The position numbers and the translations under genes were made by a program. Below the pieces are notes generated by a model, which saw only the letters and a list, made by a program, of their open reading frames with translations, was not told where the DNA came from and ran no database searches. Shown here in pieces: positions 1 through 13,018 of a DNA stretch of 64,000 nt. Source of the stretch: Balamuthia mandrillaris (taxonomy: Eukaryota); NCBI GenBank assembly GCA_031835245.2, contig JAVKOQ020000089.1, positions 62,001-126,000 of the forward strand. Reading direction: 5' to 3'. Numbering within the stretch: position 1 is the stretch's first letter; each line of letters opens with the position of its first letter.

Positions 1-318
1 GTCAAGAAGCACTTGCCGGGACAATACAAGGAATGGGTGGAGGAGGGAGAGGAGAAGGCGAAGGACAAAGAGGGCAAGGGAGAGCAGGAATCGACTTCGA
101 TGGAGAAATGGAGGAGAGCGGCGGAGAAGAAACAAGGCACCATCGAGTCGACGAGATTGTTGAGGAGCATGAGGGAGGCCGAGGAGGAGGGCGATGAGAG
201 GGACAGCGTGGTGGATGTGGATGATTTCCTGGATGAGTGGGCGGAACAGACGAAAGCGTTGGGCAGGAACAGAAAGAAACAGCCGAAGAGAGCGCCGCCG
301 AAGAAGATCAGGTTTTGA
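1..318 (+). CDS. 3' end of a gene entering from upstream; charged C-terminus, function unknown
   Basis: Open frame from the window edge to the stop at 318, coding-like composition, followed by AT-rich intergenic sequence. Confidence 0.5.
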   Translation, partial: VKKHLPGQYKEWVEEGEEKAKDKEGKGEQESTSMEKWRRAAEKKQGTIESTRLLRSMREAEEEGDERDSVVDVDDFLDEWAEQTKALGRNRKKQPKRAPPKKIRF

Positions 319-764
319 AGAAGAAGAAGAAACGCATTTCTTTATTTTTCATTCCACAAAAAAAAATTACTTTACAGAAAAAAAAGAAAAAAATGGCGTT
401 AAATTAAATGTTGATAGTTGTCGAAAAATTATCGGAGTCAGGAATAGTCCTTGGAGATTCGACAGAAAAAACACAGAAAAAGTACCTAAAATCGACAAAA
501 AATGAAAAATATTCGTCCTCTCGATACAATTATTTTTCCGCGGAGAACACCAGAATAAAATAGCCTGAAAAACAAAACAAAAAAAAAAGCATTTCTTCTT
601 GTCTTCATCTTTCTTCTTCATTCTTCTTCATTCTTCTTCTTCTTGAACTGAATGAACCTCTCCTTATTCTTGTAAAAACAACAACAACAACAACAAAAGA
701 AGAGCTTCAACTGCACTTCAACCAAAAAAACAAAAAATTAATAGAACGAGGAGAAAAAAAAATT

Positions 765-1404
765 ATGTTGCGAGTCTCTTTTCCCCATCCTTCCTCCTCT
801 CCTCCTCCGCTGGACGAGGAGCAGAGGAGGAAAGGGGCCGAACGGTTGAGCATGCTGCACAAACGCACGGCTGGGCTGAGCGCCACGCACATCGCACGGC
901 CGAACCACAACGCGCCCCCCACCACTAAGCGGCCTCTGGTGTCCTCTCGCTCGGTCCTTGAACGCGTGCTTCGCCGTACCAACTCATGGTGTCTTGGTTT
1001 GTTTGTTTTTTCTCCCCTCATCTTCTTCTTTTCTTCTCTTTCCACGTGTTTTCCCATTTCTTTCTGTTTCATATTTTGGATTAAGTCTTTCTCTTCTTTT
1101 CTTTTCTTTTCTTTTTATTTGACTTTTAGCCACCTCTTTCTTTCTTTTCTTTTTTTGTGGCCCTTCTCTTCTTCTTTTCTCAGCCTCTCATTCTCTCTTT
1201 CTCATTCTCTTTTTTCTTTTTCCTCTCACTGACAAAATGGTGGATGTGTTGGCGGTGGCCACCACAGGGGATCCCATCTCTGGGTTGAGTCAGTCAGAGG
1301 TGGACCAGCTCCAAAGACGGTTCGAGCGTAACCTCTCTTCCCTTCGACAGAACCGCTCCCTAGATGATGAAGGTGTGTTTCTTCTTCTTGCTTTTTGTTC
1401 TTCT

Positions 1405-1440
<36 letters not shown>

Positions 1441-2122
1441 TCTTTCTCCTCTTGTCTTTCTTTTTTGTTCTTGTGGCTATCTTGCCCTAAACTATCAAAA
1501 TAAAAGAACTACCAACTGCAGAAGACGAAGAAGACAGAAAGAAGAAACGGAGGCAACTGACCAGTGACTCTTGCTTAGACCAATATTCGCTATCGTCGTC
1601 ACCTTCAGGACTTCGAAAAAGAACAAACAGCAAAAGAAGACGAGCAAAATCTTCTAAACATTCTGACAACCACAGAAAAAGAGGAACTGAGCTAGAAGCC
1701 CTTCTTACAAGAAATGGAGGAGTCAAAAAGCAAGAGCACGACAAAGACATACTTCTTCCTTCGTTCTCCGCCGCTAATTCGCTAGAAGCATTGAAAGAAG
1801 CAGAAGTAGCAGCGGAACCCGAAACAAAACCAGAAGTAGGAGAGCCAGTCTTAAACTTTGAAGACCTTTTGCCGGACTTGAGAGATGGAATGAAGGTGTT
1901 GACGAAAGACTCGTTCACTCGATGCTTCACGAGCCACACTCCTCGTCCTTGGAACTGGAACTTTTACTTGTATCCGTTGTGGTTGATGGGTATCTTTATT
2001 CGATTCTGCATTCTCTTTCCGATTCGGTTGTTGGTGTTGTGTGTTGGCACTTGCATCTTTTTCTCCGTGTTCTTCACCGTCTCTACTCTGCTTGCCCCTT
2101 TCCTTCCAACGTACGGCCTTCT

Positions 2123-2172
<50 letters not shown>

Positions 2173-3836
2173 TTTCTCTTTCTTCTCATTGTTTTCGGTC
2201 TTCTTTGTCATCACACAGCGAAAAGCGGAAAGCGTTGCAAAGACGATGCATCTCCTTTTATTCGTTTATATTCGTGCTGTCGTGGACCGGAGTGGTTAAG
2301 TACCACGGCGTTAGGCCAAGACCAAATGTGCCAGGACGCATAGTGGTAGCCAACCACACCTCACTCATCGACGTTGTCATCTTGCAACAAGACAACATGT
2401 GTTACTCCATAGTCGGACAGAAGCATACAGGTACGCACTCTGCTTTCTTTCTTCTGAGTTAGTTATCTTCTTATGTTCTCTTCGCGCTGAAAACACTATC
2501 TTTTTCAAAAAGGTCTTGTTGGTTTTATTCAAAACTATTTATTGGGTTGTTTAGGATGTTTGTGGTTTGAGAGAACACAAACCAAAGACAGATTGGCGGT
2601 GGCACAGAAGATCAAAGAACACATCCACAATCCTGACAACCTGCCTCTTCTGGTCTTCCCGGAGGGCACTTGTGTCAATAACGAATACTGCGTTATGTTC
2701 AAAAAGGGGGCTTTTGAACTTGGTACCGCTCTCCTCTGCTCATTTTGCTTTACTCGTTCTTCTCGTTTTCTCTTCTGTCTCTTTTCGTTGTTTGTTCTGT
2801 ACCTTTGTCGAATCTCTAACATTGACAAAAACAAACAAACAAAAAAAAAGATGCGACGGTTCATCCAGTTGCTATAAAATACAACAAGTTGTTCTGCGAT
2901 CCTTTCTGGAACTCGAGAAAGCAATCATTCCTGCAACACTTGTTTGTGCTGATGACTAGCTGGGCTTTAGTCTGCGATGTGTATTACTTGGAGCCCACTC
3001 AAATACGCAAACGACGACGTCCTACTCCTTCTATTATCAAAGACATCAACAACAAGAAAAAGCATAAACAAACACCGCAACAAGAAAACGGAAAAGAAAA
3101 TGGCAACGAAACAGTGGAAGGAGAAGACGAAGAGGACGAACGCAGCAACAACGTCAACCACCACAACTATCATAATCATCAAGTGGAAGAGGAACACAAC
3201 AACGTTGGCAGCTTGACTTCGGACAGCGAAATGAGCGACACCGACACCGAAAGCGAGGAGGAAGACAGAGATGAAACGCCTCTCGAATTTGCCAATCGAG
3301 TGAAGAAGAAGATCGCGAAGAAGGCCGGTCTCGTCAACGTTCATTGGGATGGCTACCTCAAGTACTTTCGTCCGAGCCAGAGGTTCACGGAGGAGAGGCA
3401 ACACCTCTTTGCGAAGAACCTGCTAAAGTCCTCGCAGTCGACTTTGCTGGCGAGCGTTCCAGTGAAGGAAGAAAGACAAGTAGAGGAAGCAGACAAAGGC
3501 AAAGAGGAGAAAACAATGAAGAATGGGAAGAACTACAAAACTCCAAGGAGCGACAAGAACGACAAGGACGAGAAGAATGACAAAGAGAGCGAAGAGAAGA
3601 ACGAAAACGGAGAAGAAAATGGGATCTACAAAACAAAGAAGCGAAGAAGAGGAGGTCAGAGAGCGAAGAAAACGTTGGCCGCCAAGTTTGTGAAGCAAAG
3701 AAGGCTGCAACGAACACGTTCGATGCCGGCCGGCTCCATTTCTCCGGAAGCTTCTACCTCCGGTTCCTCTTCTCCTTCTTCCTGTTCTGCTTCTCCCGCT
3801 TCCTCTTCCGACAACGAATCTACGGAGCTGAATTAG
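765..3836 (+). CDS. Glycerol-3-phosphate acyltransferase (GPAT3/4 / plant GPAT9 family), multi-exon; 5' start uncertain (765 or 1237)
   Basis: Spliced motifs PWNWNFYLYPLW, VANHTSLID (HxxxxD), LWFER, LLVFPEGTCVNN, FKKGAFE, PVAIKY..FCDPFWNS, MTSWALVCDV, FANRVK..IA..AGL...WDGYLKY. Confidence 0.9.
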
Positions 3837-3892
3837 ACTTCACACAACTCTCTGCTTTCTTCTTTCTTCTTGTTTGTTTATATTATAATATA

Positions 3893-4426
3893 TTAAACGC
3901 CGATGTCTTCATTCCAGAGTTCAGGCTTCTCTGCAATGAAGCGTTTCATGAGCTCCTTACACTTCTCATCATTGAGTCGAAACAGCTTCACCCCGTTCTG
4001 CTCCAACAGCGCTTCGCTGCCTAGAAAGGTCTCGTTCTCTCCTATCACCACACGAGGGATCTTGTAGAGCAGAATGGCGCCGGTGCACATCGGACAAGGG
4101 GAGAGCGTCGTGTACAGAGTCGAGCGCGAGTAATCCTTTGCCGTTAGTCTTCCTGCACCAAAAAAAAAAGTGTTAGCAAGAGAAGAAGAAGGGGTTGATG
4201 AAGAGAAAGAAAGCATGCAACCAGCATTTTCGAGGCAAGTCATCTCGCCGTGAAGAATGGAGCTGGACTTTTGGACGCGGAGGTTACGGCCGCGGCCTAC
4301 AAGCCGGTCTTCATCCTCTAGGACGAGGACACTACCGATGGGAATGCCGCCTTCCTCGTAGCCTTGCTTGGCTTCTTGGTAGGCCTCTTCCATCCATCTT
4401 TTGTGCTGCTCTCTTTCTTCTTCCAT
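3893..4426 (-). CDS. Cytosine deaminase (yeast FCY1-like), one 69-nt intron at 4153-4221
   Basis: GGIPIGSVL, HGEMTCLENAG|RL, TLYTTLSPCPMCTGAI, C-terminal PELWNEDIG; zinc deaminase HxE...PCxxC motif. Confidence 0.92.
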   Translation of the reverse strand: MEEEREQHKRWMEEAYQEAKQGYEEGGIPIGSVLVLEDEDRLVGRGRNLRVQKSSSILHGEMTCLENAGCMLSFSSSTPSSSLANTFFFGAGRLTAKDYSRSTLYTTLSPCPMCTGAILLYKIPRVVIGENETFLGSEALLEQNGVKLFRLNDEKCKELMKRFIAEKPELWNEDIGV

Positions 4427-4827
4427 TGTTTTCCTCCGTAGATCATTACAAAGTTCAATCATAAAAATAACCAAATATGGTGATAACTTTTCATAGATTT
4501 GAATTTCCATTGGACGAGGCTAGATCTTATAGGATTCGAAGAAAGAAAAGTTGGACAACAACAAGCAATACGAAGGAAGGAACAACGAAAAAGGTGAGCG
4601 GCGGTATTTCTGGCACTCTCTTGCGTAGCTGGACAACCTTTAGAGAAAGAAGCCAGCGAAAAGTGTTGGTTACGGTCTCCCTTTTCTCTAGAAAACTGGG
4701 GCTCTTTCTGTCTTCCCACAAAAAGACTAAAAATAATTTTCAATAAAGAAAAAGAAAAAGCAAAAGAAAAGCTTGAGAGGGACGAAAAAGGCGACACAAC
4801 GAAAGAAAGAAGAAAAAGAAAAGAAAG

Positions 4828-5874
4828 ATGGGGGTACATAGCATTATAGTGAGCCTGCTGTTGCGTTCTTTCAAGCCAACCATACAACGAACCTCAAACG
4901 CAACCGATCGATTTTTTGCTTCCTTCATTCGGTCGTTTTTTCCTTCTTCTCTTTCTTCTTCTTCTGCCGCTTCCTCTTCGTCTACTTCTACTTCGACTTC
5001 ATCCACTTTTTCTCTTCTTCCACAAAGCGGCCAAGTACGTTCTTATGTGGTCGTTCAACTGCCGATACTTGTCGCCAGGTTGCTGCTCTGGTTCATTGGA
5101 GCTCTCTCCTCCGTTCTGCTGTGGCTCTTCATTCAACTCCCTTCCGCTCTCCTCCAAAAGTACACCCACAACAAGCAACTTTCTGCCTCTTCTTTTCCTC
5201 CTCCTTCTTCCTCTTCAACCTCTTCAACTTCATCTGCAACACAACAACTAACATCAACAAAAGACAACAAAGAAGAAGACAAGAACGGCCAAAACAACTC
5301 ACCTATTACTTCTTCTCGTCCATCTTCCTCAAAGCTGCTCTCTCCAACTTCTTCCTCTGCTGCTTCTTCTATATTGTTGAGCACAGGTCATCCCTCTCCT
5401 TCAAGCAGCATCAACAACTATAACGACAATCGCAGGCACTCTTCTCCAATGCTGACGAAATATCAGGGAGCAAAGCAGAAACAACATCGCCTAAAGAAGG
5501 AGAAGAAGGAGAAGGGCACATCAGATGAAAAGAAGAACCAAAAGGGAAAGAGTGAGAAGAGTGACAGACCTGTTTCGCAAATGTTATCTCCCACAGATAT
5601 GTTTTACTCGGCAGACCTTATACAAACCAGAAGAAGAGAATATGAGAGCAGCAAACAACTGACAAAGAAAGAGAAGAAGGACGAGAAGAAACGTGTGAAG
5701 CAGTTGAAAAAGGAGCAGAAAAAAATGAAGAAAGAGAAAGCAGACGCTTCTTCCTCTTCTTCAACGCTCTCTTCGAACGAGAAGTCGAGCCAAAAGTTCT
5801 CCCTCAAGTTGTGGAAGCGGAAACCCGCAAAGACGATACAACACGAAGAACCAATTCTTTCTACTGCAAAATGA
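4828..5874 (+). CDS. Hypothetical protein with one hydrophobic segment and Ser-rich and Lys-rich regions
   Basis: 348-aa ORF, hydrophobic stretch LPILVARLLLWFIGALSSVLLWLFIQLP, no recognisable domain. Confidence 0.55.
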   Translation: MGVHSIIVSLLLRSFKPTIQRTSNATDRFFASFIRSFFPSSLSSSSAASSSSTSTSTSSTFSLLPQSGQVRSYVVVQLPILVARLLLWFIGALSSVLLWLFIQLPSALLQKYTHNKQLSASSFPPPSSSSTSSTSSATQQLTSTKDNKEEDKNGQNNSPITSSRPSSSKLLSPTSSSAASSILLSTGHPSPSSSINNYNDNRRHSSPMLTKYQGAKQKQHRLKKEKKEKGTSDEKKNQKGKSEKSDRPVSQMLSPTDMFYSADLIQTRRREYESSKQLTKKEKKDEKKRVKQLKKEQKKMKKEKADASSSSSTLSSNEKSSQKFSLKLWKRKPAKTIQHEEPILSTAK

Positions 5875-6064
5875 AGGCGAGGAGATGACTTCATCACGTT
5901 TTCATTTGGTTTGTAGATCGAATGCCTGTAAAGAAAGCAAACTTTGCTTTTGAGATTTTTTTTTTTCTGTGAGAAGGGGAGAACGAAGCAATAGAGAATG
6001 AAGACAAGAACAAAAATGAACAGAAGAGAGTTAAACCTTTTTTTAAAGTCCATTCGTTCTTTCT

Positions 6065-7170
6065 TTAGGACTTGACTGGAGTCCAACTCTGCACGTGAAC
6101 AACAGCAATCGGCACTTTCTTCGTGCTCGAGCCTCCAAAGGGTCTCTTGTTCGCTTCTCTCTCTTCTGCCCAGAATTCTTGTTGCTGCACGAGACGAACC
6201 TCCAACTTTCCTTTCACACGGATCTCTCTGTCGTTTGGCAAAAATAGTTCTTCCTCGGGTTCTCCTCCTCTCTTGCTTTCTCCCTCAAAACTATACGAAG
6301 AGGCAGAAGAAGAGTGAGCGAGAATGATGTCGCCATCCTTCATACGAAACCGTTCTTCTCCTTTCCCAAGAAAAGGTAAAGTCTTCATTCCTCTCTCTCC
6401 TTCTTCCATTCCCTCATACTCGGCGTCGGTCGTTGCAACGTTCTCGGGTTCTCCTTCTACAATCCTTCCTTGCACTACCACCGTCAGCGGAGAGAAACGT
6501 CCTTGCGGCTCTTCTTCCTCTCTTTCTTTTGCTTCCTCTTCAGCTATTCTTCTCTGAACGGCTTTGAACAACCGACGAACGGAACGAATGGCATGCCCTT
6601 CCCCATGTTCTTCTTCTTTCCTTCGTTTCTTCTTCGCCTTCTTCTTCTGCTTCAGCTGATGTTTCTGTCGTTTCTTGTTCTTCTTCTTCTTCTCGTTGTT
6701 GTTGTTGTTGTTGTAGGGTGTGACCTGTTTGGAGGTGGCACGACTCTCTTGCTCGCTTTCTGCTTGCTGCGAAGCGGAGAACGAGAAGCAGCAGGCAAGA
6801 GCTCTTGAGGCAGCTTTGGTCCCACTCGCTTCCTCCTGTTTTTTTTTTTTGCATGAGCAACCACCACAGTAGCGAAAGGAAAGAAGCGAGGAGAGAGAGA
6901 GAGAGAGAGAGGAGCAACAAGAAGAAGAGAAGAAACGAGAGAAGAAGAAGAAGAAGAAGAACAAGAACAGGAAGAACAAGAAGATGGAAAGAGGCACACA
7001 AGCAGGATGAATCGAGGACAGCAATAGGAAATAGAAACCTGAGCTGAGATCAATGTCAAGAAAGGAGTGGAAGCAGCAACAGCGGTTTCGTGACGAGAAG
7101 CGGGTGGTATGGGTATCGGGAACAGCTGTTGCGAGGGAGGGCCACCCGCATTCCTTCTCTCTTCTTCCAT
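6065..7170 (-). CDS. Hypothetical two-exon protein, possibly OB-fold (RMI2-like strand pattern)
   Basis: Exon 1 MEEERR...ISAQ|GT; exon 2 after CAG near 6835 contains VVVQGRIV...FRMKDG...IRVKGKL; divergent from the SET gene. Confidence 0.45.
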
Positions 7171-7340
7171 CTTTTTCTTTTTACTTTTCTAAAATAAAGT
7201 ACATGGTATCCGATGAGAATCGAACCGACGGCCCTAAATGTGCTCCATTTGTTCACATATTGACAAATTTTCCTGCACGGGTGCTGCACAGCCTGAAATG
7301 CGAAGAATTTGAGGAATGTCTTGAAAAGAAGGAAAAAAAG

Positions 7341-9314
7341 ATGGAAGAAGAAAGAACGAGAAGAGAGGAGTTTGAAGCGTGGTTAGCCGCAAACGACATA
7401 CAGCATCCAAAGCTTTCGTTTCAAAACTTGCCAGGTAACACTTTTTTCCCCCCTCCACTCGCTGCCCGCTCACAATTTCGAAAATCAATCGCCAACAAAA
7501 AAAAGGATTTGGATTGTCGTTTGTTGCCGCAAAGGAGATCGAAGCGAATGAAGAGATAGGGACCATTCCGTTTCATGCCGTTCTCAGCGTGGAGGCCGCT
7601 CTCGCCTCCGAAGCGGTGGGCCGGCCGGTGATGTCCTTGGTGCAACGCGGCCGCCTTTTGTTCTCCACCACTCCCTCGGGCCCATTTTCCATCCTTTCTT
7701 CTGCTTCTTCTTCCGCCACTTCCCCTTCTTCCGCTAGCGGAGAAGAAGCACCGACCATCAGTCGTCGAACTCTCTTTCGTCTCTTTCTCATCGCTGAACG
7801 ATTTCACAAAGAGTTAGGCTCTTCTTCTTCTTCTTCTTCTTCAGCGGAAGGCGAAGAACAAAAGCCAAAAGACGGCTCCTGGAGGGCTTATCTTCGCTCG
7901 CTGCCACAAAAGTATCAGGACCCGTTTTGGTGGACGGAAGAGGAGGTCAACATGTTGAGAGGCTTCAACCTTCATGCGGCCGTTGTGGAGAGGAAACGCT
8001 TGTTGAGGAGCACCTTTGAGGGCGTTATGGCAGCTCTGAGCGATGCTTATCCGGAGATGTTTCCGCCTCATATCTTCACATGGTTTGCTCCATGTTACTG
8101 CTTTCTCTCTCTCTCTCTCTCCTGTATTCTTTCACCTTTCTTGCTTCTTCTTTCTGCTTTCTTCCTTCTGATGACGGCGATTTACAGGGAGAACTTCTTA
8201 TGGGCAAACTCAGTGTGTTCTTCCCGAGCCTTTCCACGCCAAATCGCGCTTCCTTCTCGCTTTACTTCGTTGTCCGATCGCACTTTGTTGTCTTCCTCTT
8301 CTTCGCCAGCCCTTCAACAACAAAAAGATAAAGAGAAAGAAACAGAACAAGAACAAGAAGAAGGTAACACTCTCAAAAGAAAACGAACCACGTCCGCAAC
8401 CTCTCCTGCATCTCTCGACCATACCAAAAAACTCAAATCTTCTTCGTCTAAACCCAAAACTACAAAAAACGCAGAAAATCCAGAAATCCAAATTCTCCAA
8501 AACAGAAGCATCGAAGAAATCTTTCAGGTGATGAGCCAAGAGGAAGAGTCAGACGAATGTTTGCTGCCTATGCTCGACATTGGCAACCACAAAAACGGAC
8601 AACGAATCAGTTGGATTAAAGACCTTCAGCAACAACGCCTCTCTTTTGTCTTTGGCGGACCGGGAAAAGTCACACCGGGAACACAAGTGTTCAACAACTA
8701 TGGGCCAAAAGGGGACGAAGAACTGATTCTCGGGTATGGCTTTTGCATTCCCGATAACACCAACAACACTGCTGCTGTGCTCATCGGACTTCCTTCCCTT
8801 CCTCCATCAAATAATGAAGAAGAAGGAATGGAAGAAGATCTGAGATGGATTATTTGGAAGAGAGAAATGATAGAACGAAGAGGACTTTCGTTGCGACATT
8901 ATCTGAACTTGCACCAACTACCATCAGACTTGTTGAGCGTTCTTCGTATCTTTGCAATGACAGAGCGGGAGCATTACTTCTACGAAGAGAAAGAAGAAGA
9001 AAAGAAAGAAAAAGAAAAAAAAGATGAGGACGACGCAGAATATTGCTTTCCGTTTTTAAATTATAGAAATGAGTTGGACGCTTTGAACACGTTGAAAGTG
9101 TTGATCGAGAGCAAATTGTTGCAAATGGAAACCGCTATTGTTTCTTCGGCCCCACCTGGACAACACCTGAAAAACGAAGAGAAGGAAAGCGAACTGACAA
9201 ATATGGCTGTTTTTCGGTCGAGAGCTGGATTACAAGCTGATAAGCAACTATTGGACTCTGGCAAATATGCGACAGAGCATCAAAGATTAGCCCTTTGCTA
9301 TAGAATCGGTATTC

Positions 9315-9350
<36 letters not shown>

Positions 9351-10872
9351 AACTAACAAACGTGAATGTATGTGTATTTTCAAAGGACAAAGAGAAGTTT
9401 TATTGAGGGCTAGGGAGCTTACAATACAACGTCAACAGAAGGTTGTGGCAAGCGCCAAGCTGCATCTTTCTTCATTAAAAGGAGAACATAACCCGTTCGC
9501 TTCTTCGTCCTCATCAGCGTCTTTCCTTTCTCCACTGATGTCTTCCAAACAACAACAAGCCTACCGCAAATGGCTTCTCGCCAACAACGAAGCTGCACTT
9601 TGCAATATCGACTTTTACGCATTTGAACACTCTTCTCAAGCTCTCACCACCCAAACTGTTTCTTCATCTGTGCAAATGTCTTCTCCTCTCTTAAAGTTTC
9701 CGCGAGCACTTCTCATCACTATTCGCACCGTTCAGCAATCAGAGTCCTTCTGCGATGTCTTATCGCTGGTGCAAGGCGTGGAGGAGGAGGACATTCTCGT
9801 CCTCTTTCTCATCCACGAACGAGCCAAAGGCAAACGTTCTCTTTGGTTCCCTTTCTTTTCTGCCCTTCCTCCTTTCGCCACTCCTCTTTTTTGGACAAAC
9901 AACAACGAAGAAGAAAACAACGGAGAGGATGAAGAGCTTGCAAAGCTGTTAGGACGAAGGAGCCAGGCCTATCTCGACACTTTGGCCAAACGACAACAAT
10001 TACAAGATGCTTTTAATGGAATAGTTCCAGCTTTGAGTGGAGCTCTTCCTCGACTCTTTCCGGAGGAGATATTCACTTGGGAGGCTTTCCTTTGGGCTAA
10101 CACTCTGTTAGAGACTCGCTCCTTCCAACTCAACGGGCAAACCATCGTCGTGCCTCTTGCTTGGCTTCCTCGTCATCTCCATCTTCCTCTCTACCATCAA
10201 GAGATTGCATTTGACACGGAAAACAACATGTGGATGGTTGTCACTTCATTGGCAGAGATGGAGAAGAGGGAGGAGTTCTTTTGGAGTTTTGACGGAGGAA
10301 AATCGTCCAACAATAGCGAATTGTTGGTGAAATACGGCGTTTTATCATCACAGATCTTCAACCCTTCTTTCGAGACCATCAAGTTTGACATAGATCCTAT
10401 TCGTTTAAAGGAGAGGAAAACACAAAAACAAACAGGAGCAGAAGAACGAGAGGAAGAAGAGGATGATGAATCGTGCATTTGTGCAGCTCATATGATGTTG
10501 TTGAGTCGAATGAATCTCGGATGGACACATTATATTGATGGAAATGGAAAGCTATGCAACAAACTGTTGGATTCACTTCGTGTTTGCTTTATGGACGACG
10601 ACGAAGCCATTTCCTTCCTTCAACACCTCCAAGGAGAAGAGGAGGAGGAGAAAAAGAGTGCAGAGGAGATGCGTTTCATGTTGCCAAAGGAAAAGGATGC
10701 AGTGATTATGCAGTTTCTCCGTGAAACGTTGGAGGAGATGCTGCAAGACTTGGCAGAGATAGAAGGTGAGGTGCAAAGCAGCAACAACAGGGCGATTGAA
10801 CAGCTGGCAAAGACCTACCGCGCAGGACAACGCGACATTATCTCTCGTTCTCTTGCCACTCTTTCTTCCTAA
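7341..10872 (+). CDS. Tandem SET / Rubisco-LSMT-type (SETD3/SETD4/Efm1-like) lysine methyltransferase with two SET modules
   Basis: WRAYLRSLP..P.WW, FLWANSVCSSRAF, LLPMLDIGNH, QVFNNYGPKGDEELILGYGF; second module FLWANTLLETRSF...NSELLVKYG; introns near 7435-7505, 8082-8187 and 9309-9385. Confidence 0.85.
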
Positions 10873-11024
10873 AGAGAAATAAAAAAGAACAAAGAATATA
10901 GTTCACAAACCAATATTACTAATGATAACAGAGAGAACAAACAAAAAGAAAAACGGGCAGGGAGAAGTAGGTTTTAGTCTTCTTCACAAGTTTTTTCGGA
11001 TGAACTTTAGTTTCGTTCGCCCTT

Positions 11025-13018
11025 TCATTCAGGGAGAGCGTTGTTCTCCGCAGCGTACTTCCTGGCCTCAGCCACGATTTCCATCAGAGACTGTCCGCCA
11101 TTCTCGATGCAATTCAAGAACCGATGCTTGAGGAGGGTGTTGGCATCGGGCCTCCTGTCCGGGTCCTTCTCCAAACAAAGCGCCACAAACTCACGGAAAG
11201 GCTCAGACCATTTCTTTGGCTCCTTCAGGTCGGGAATGCCTTTTGTCGTGATCAAGAAAAGAGCCTTTATTTTTTTAACAGTTGAAAAAAGAGAATCAAT
11301 TAGTGAAATAAAAGAGAAGGAGAGTTAAAAAAGAGAAAGACATACTCGGAGAGGAGGGAAGTCCATGTAGGGAGGTTCTCCCTCAGCCATTTCCATGATC
11401 ATGATGCCAAGCGACCAGATATCGACCTTGGTGTCGTACTCCTGTCCACGGATGAGTTCGGGGGCCATCCAGTAAGGGGTACCCACGATGGTCTGACGCT
11501 TGCCCTTCTGTTGCGTCAGCTGCGCCGCATAACCGAAGTCAGCTGTTTTAAAAATAAGAGAAAGTTAACGTTAAAACACAATTTAGAGGGAGACAGAGCA
11601 AAAAAAAGCAAAGAGACACCGAACCAATTTTAACTTCGCCGAGAGAGCCCAACAAAATGTTATCGCTCTTGATGTCTCTGTGGATTCTGTGAAGACTGTG
11701 AATGTACCTCAGACCCTTGAGAGTCTTTTTTTTTTTGGTTTGGAAGATAACATTAGAATCACATAAACAGAAAAAAGCAAAGAAATAACGGACCTCTTGG
11801 CAGACCCAAGCGATCTGTGGTTCACTCATCTGACAATAGTCATACTGTTCAAGAATTTCGGTGAGGCAGCCGCCTCCCATGTATCCCATAGCAACCCACA
11901 GCTTATTGTCGGGCAACCGGAAGCTGTCGTAGTAGGGGACAATGTTCTCGTGGCGACTCTCCTTCATGATGTGGATTTCAGAGGTCAACAGTTTGATGTT
12001 TTGGGCGTTCAGTTCCATTTGTTTGATGGCCACTTGTTCTCCTGTCTCTACGTGCGTTCCCAGATACACCTTTCCAGCAGCTCTAGAGGGAGTGCGTGAG
12101 TATATGATCAAAGGGTGAGGATTCTAGAAGAGGAAAGATTGTGAACATACCCTTCTCCAATCTTTGTAAGGTTGAGATATATTTTGGTGGGATCTTCCTT
12201 ATTGACAAGGTCGTCTGTACAAGGCAGAAAAGATAGCAAAAGACGAACGGTCAGAATGCGGGAGAGAGAAGAGAGAAGAGTGAAGGGTAACGAGGAGTTG
12301 CAAAGAGAAGAATTGAGAGAAGAGAATAAAGGAAAGATATACGCACTCAAAGTAATTGTTTTTTCAGCGGGGAGCGGCAGGTTCTTAAGTTCCTCGGCAA
12401 GCTCGTCGCTAGGGGGGACGCTGCGGGCCTCATTGATAACCTTTTTCTGTGTAAATTCTAGAACGTCCAACACGGCGTCCGGGTTGGAAAGAGCTTCCTC
12501 TTTGGAAATGTTGCCTTGAAGCATAGCCTCCCATTCTTCAGGCAAGCCCTTTTATTTGTTTATTTGTGCAAGTCAGAGAGAAGGAAAAAAAGGAAACAAT
12601 AACAGAGAACAAAAAAGAAGAAGAGGAGAACAGATAACAGAGGTAGAAAATTAACAAAAGAGAGGGCGAGATAGAAGAAGAAAAAGAAGAGGAAAGAAAG
12701 GTACCCTGAAACCGCTCTTGGCATTAAAATCAACATGGATCTGATGTTTGATGGCGTAAGGAGAACTTACGCTGTAGGAAGGTTCTTCAGACCCCTTTCC
12801 TATTAAGTGAAGGAAGAAAGAGAGATTAAGTTACTTGAAAAGGCCCTTATTTGACACAAGAGACAAAACTAACAGGCCTGCGAACCAAAAATAATAATAG
12901 AGAAGATGAAGGAAAAAAAAAGAGTAGAAATAGCTGATCAATGCAGAAAGAGAAGAAGAAGAAAGATCAGATACGTACGGCCGGCGGTCTTCTTTCCTTT
13001 GCCGAAAAATTTCATCAT
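11025..13018 (-). CDS. p21-activated (PAK/STE20) Ser/Thr kinase with N-terminal CRIB/PBD, multi-exon
   Basis: [19 protein letters not shown]...GLPEEW; kinase motifs [48 protein letters not shown]. Confidence 0.93.

Noticed and set aside
12835..12845. Possible 11-nt micro-exon in the PAK gene (AG|GGCCTTTTCAA|GT)
   Set aside because: It would shift the frame; direct splicing of exon 1 to the CRIB exon is already in frame
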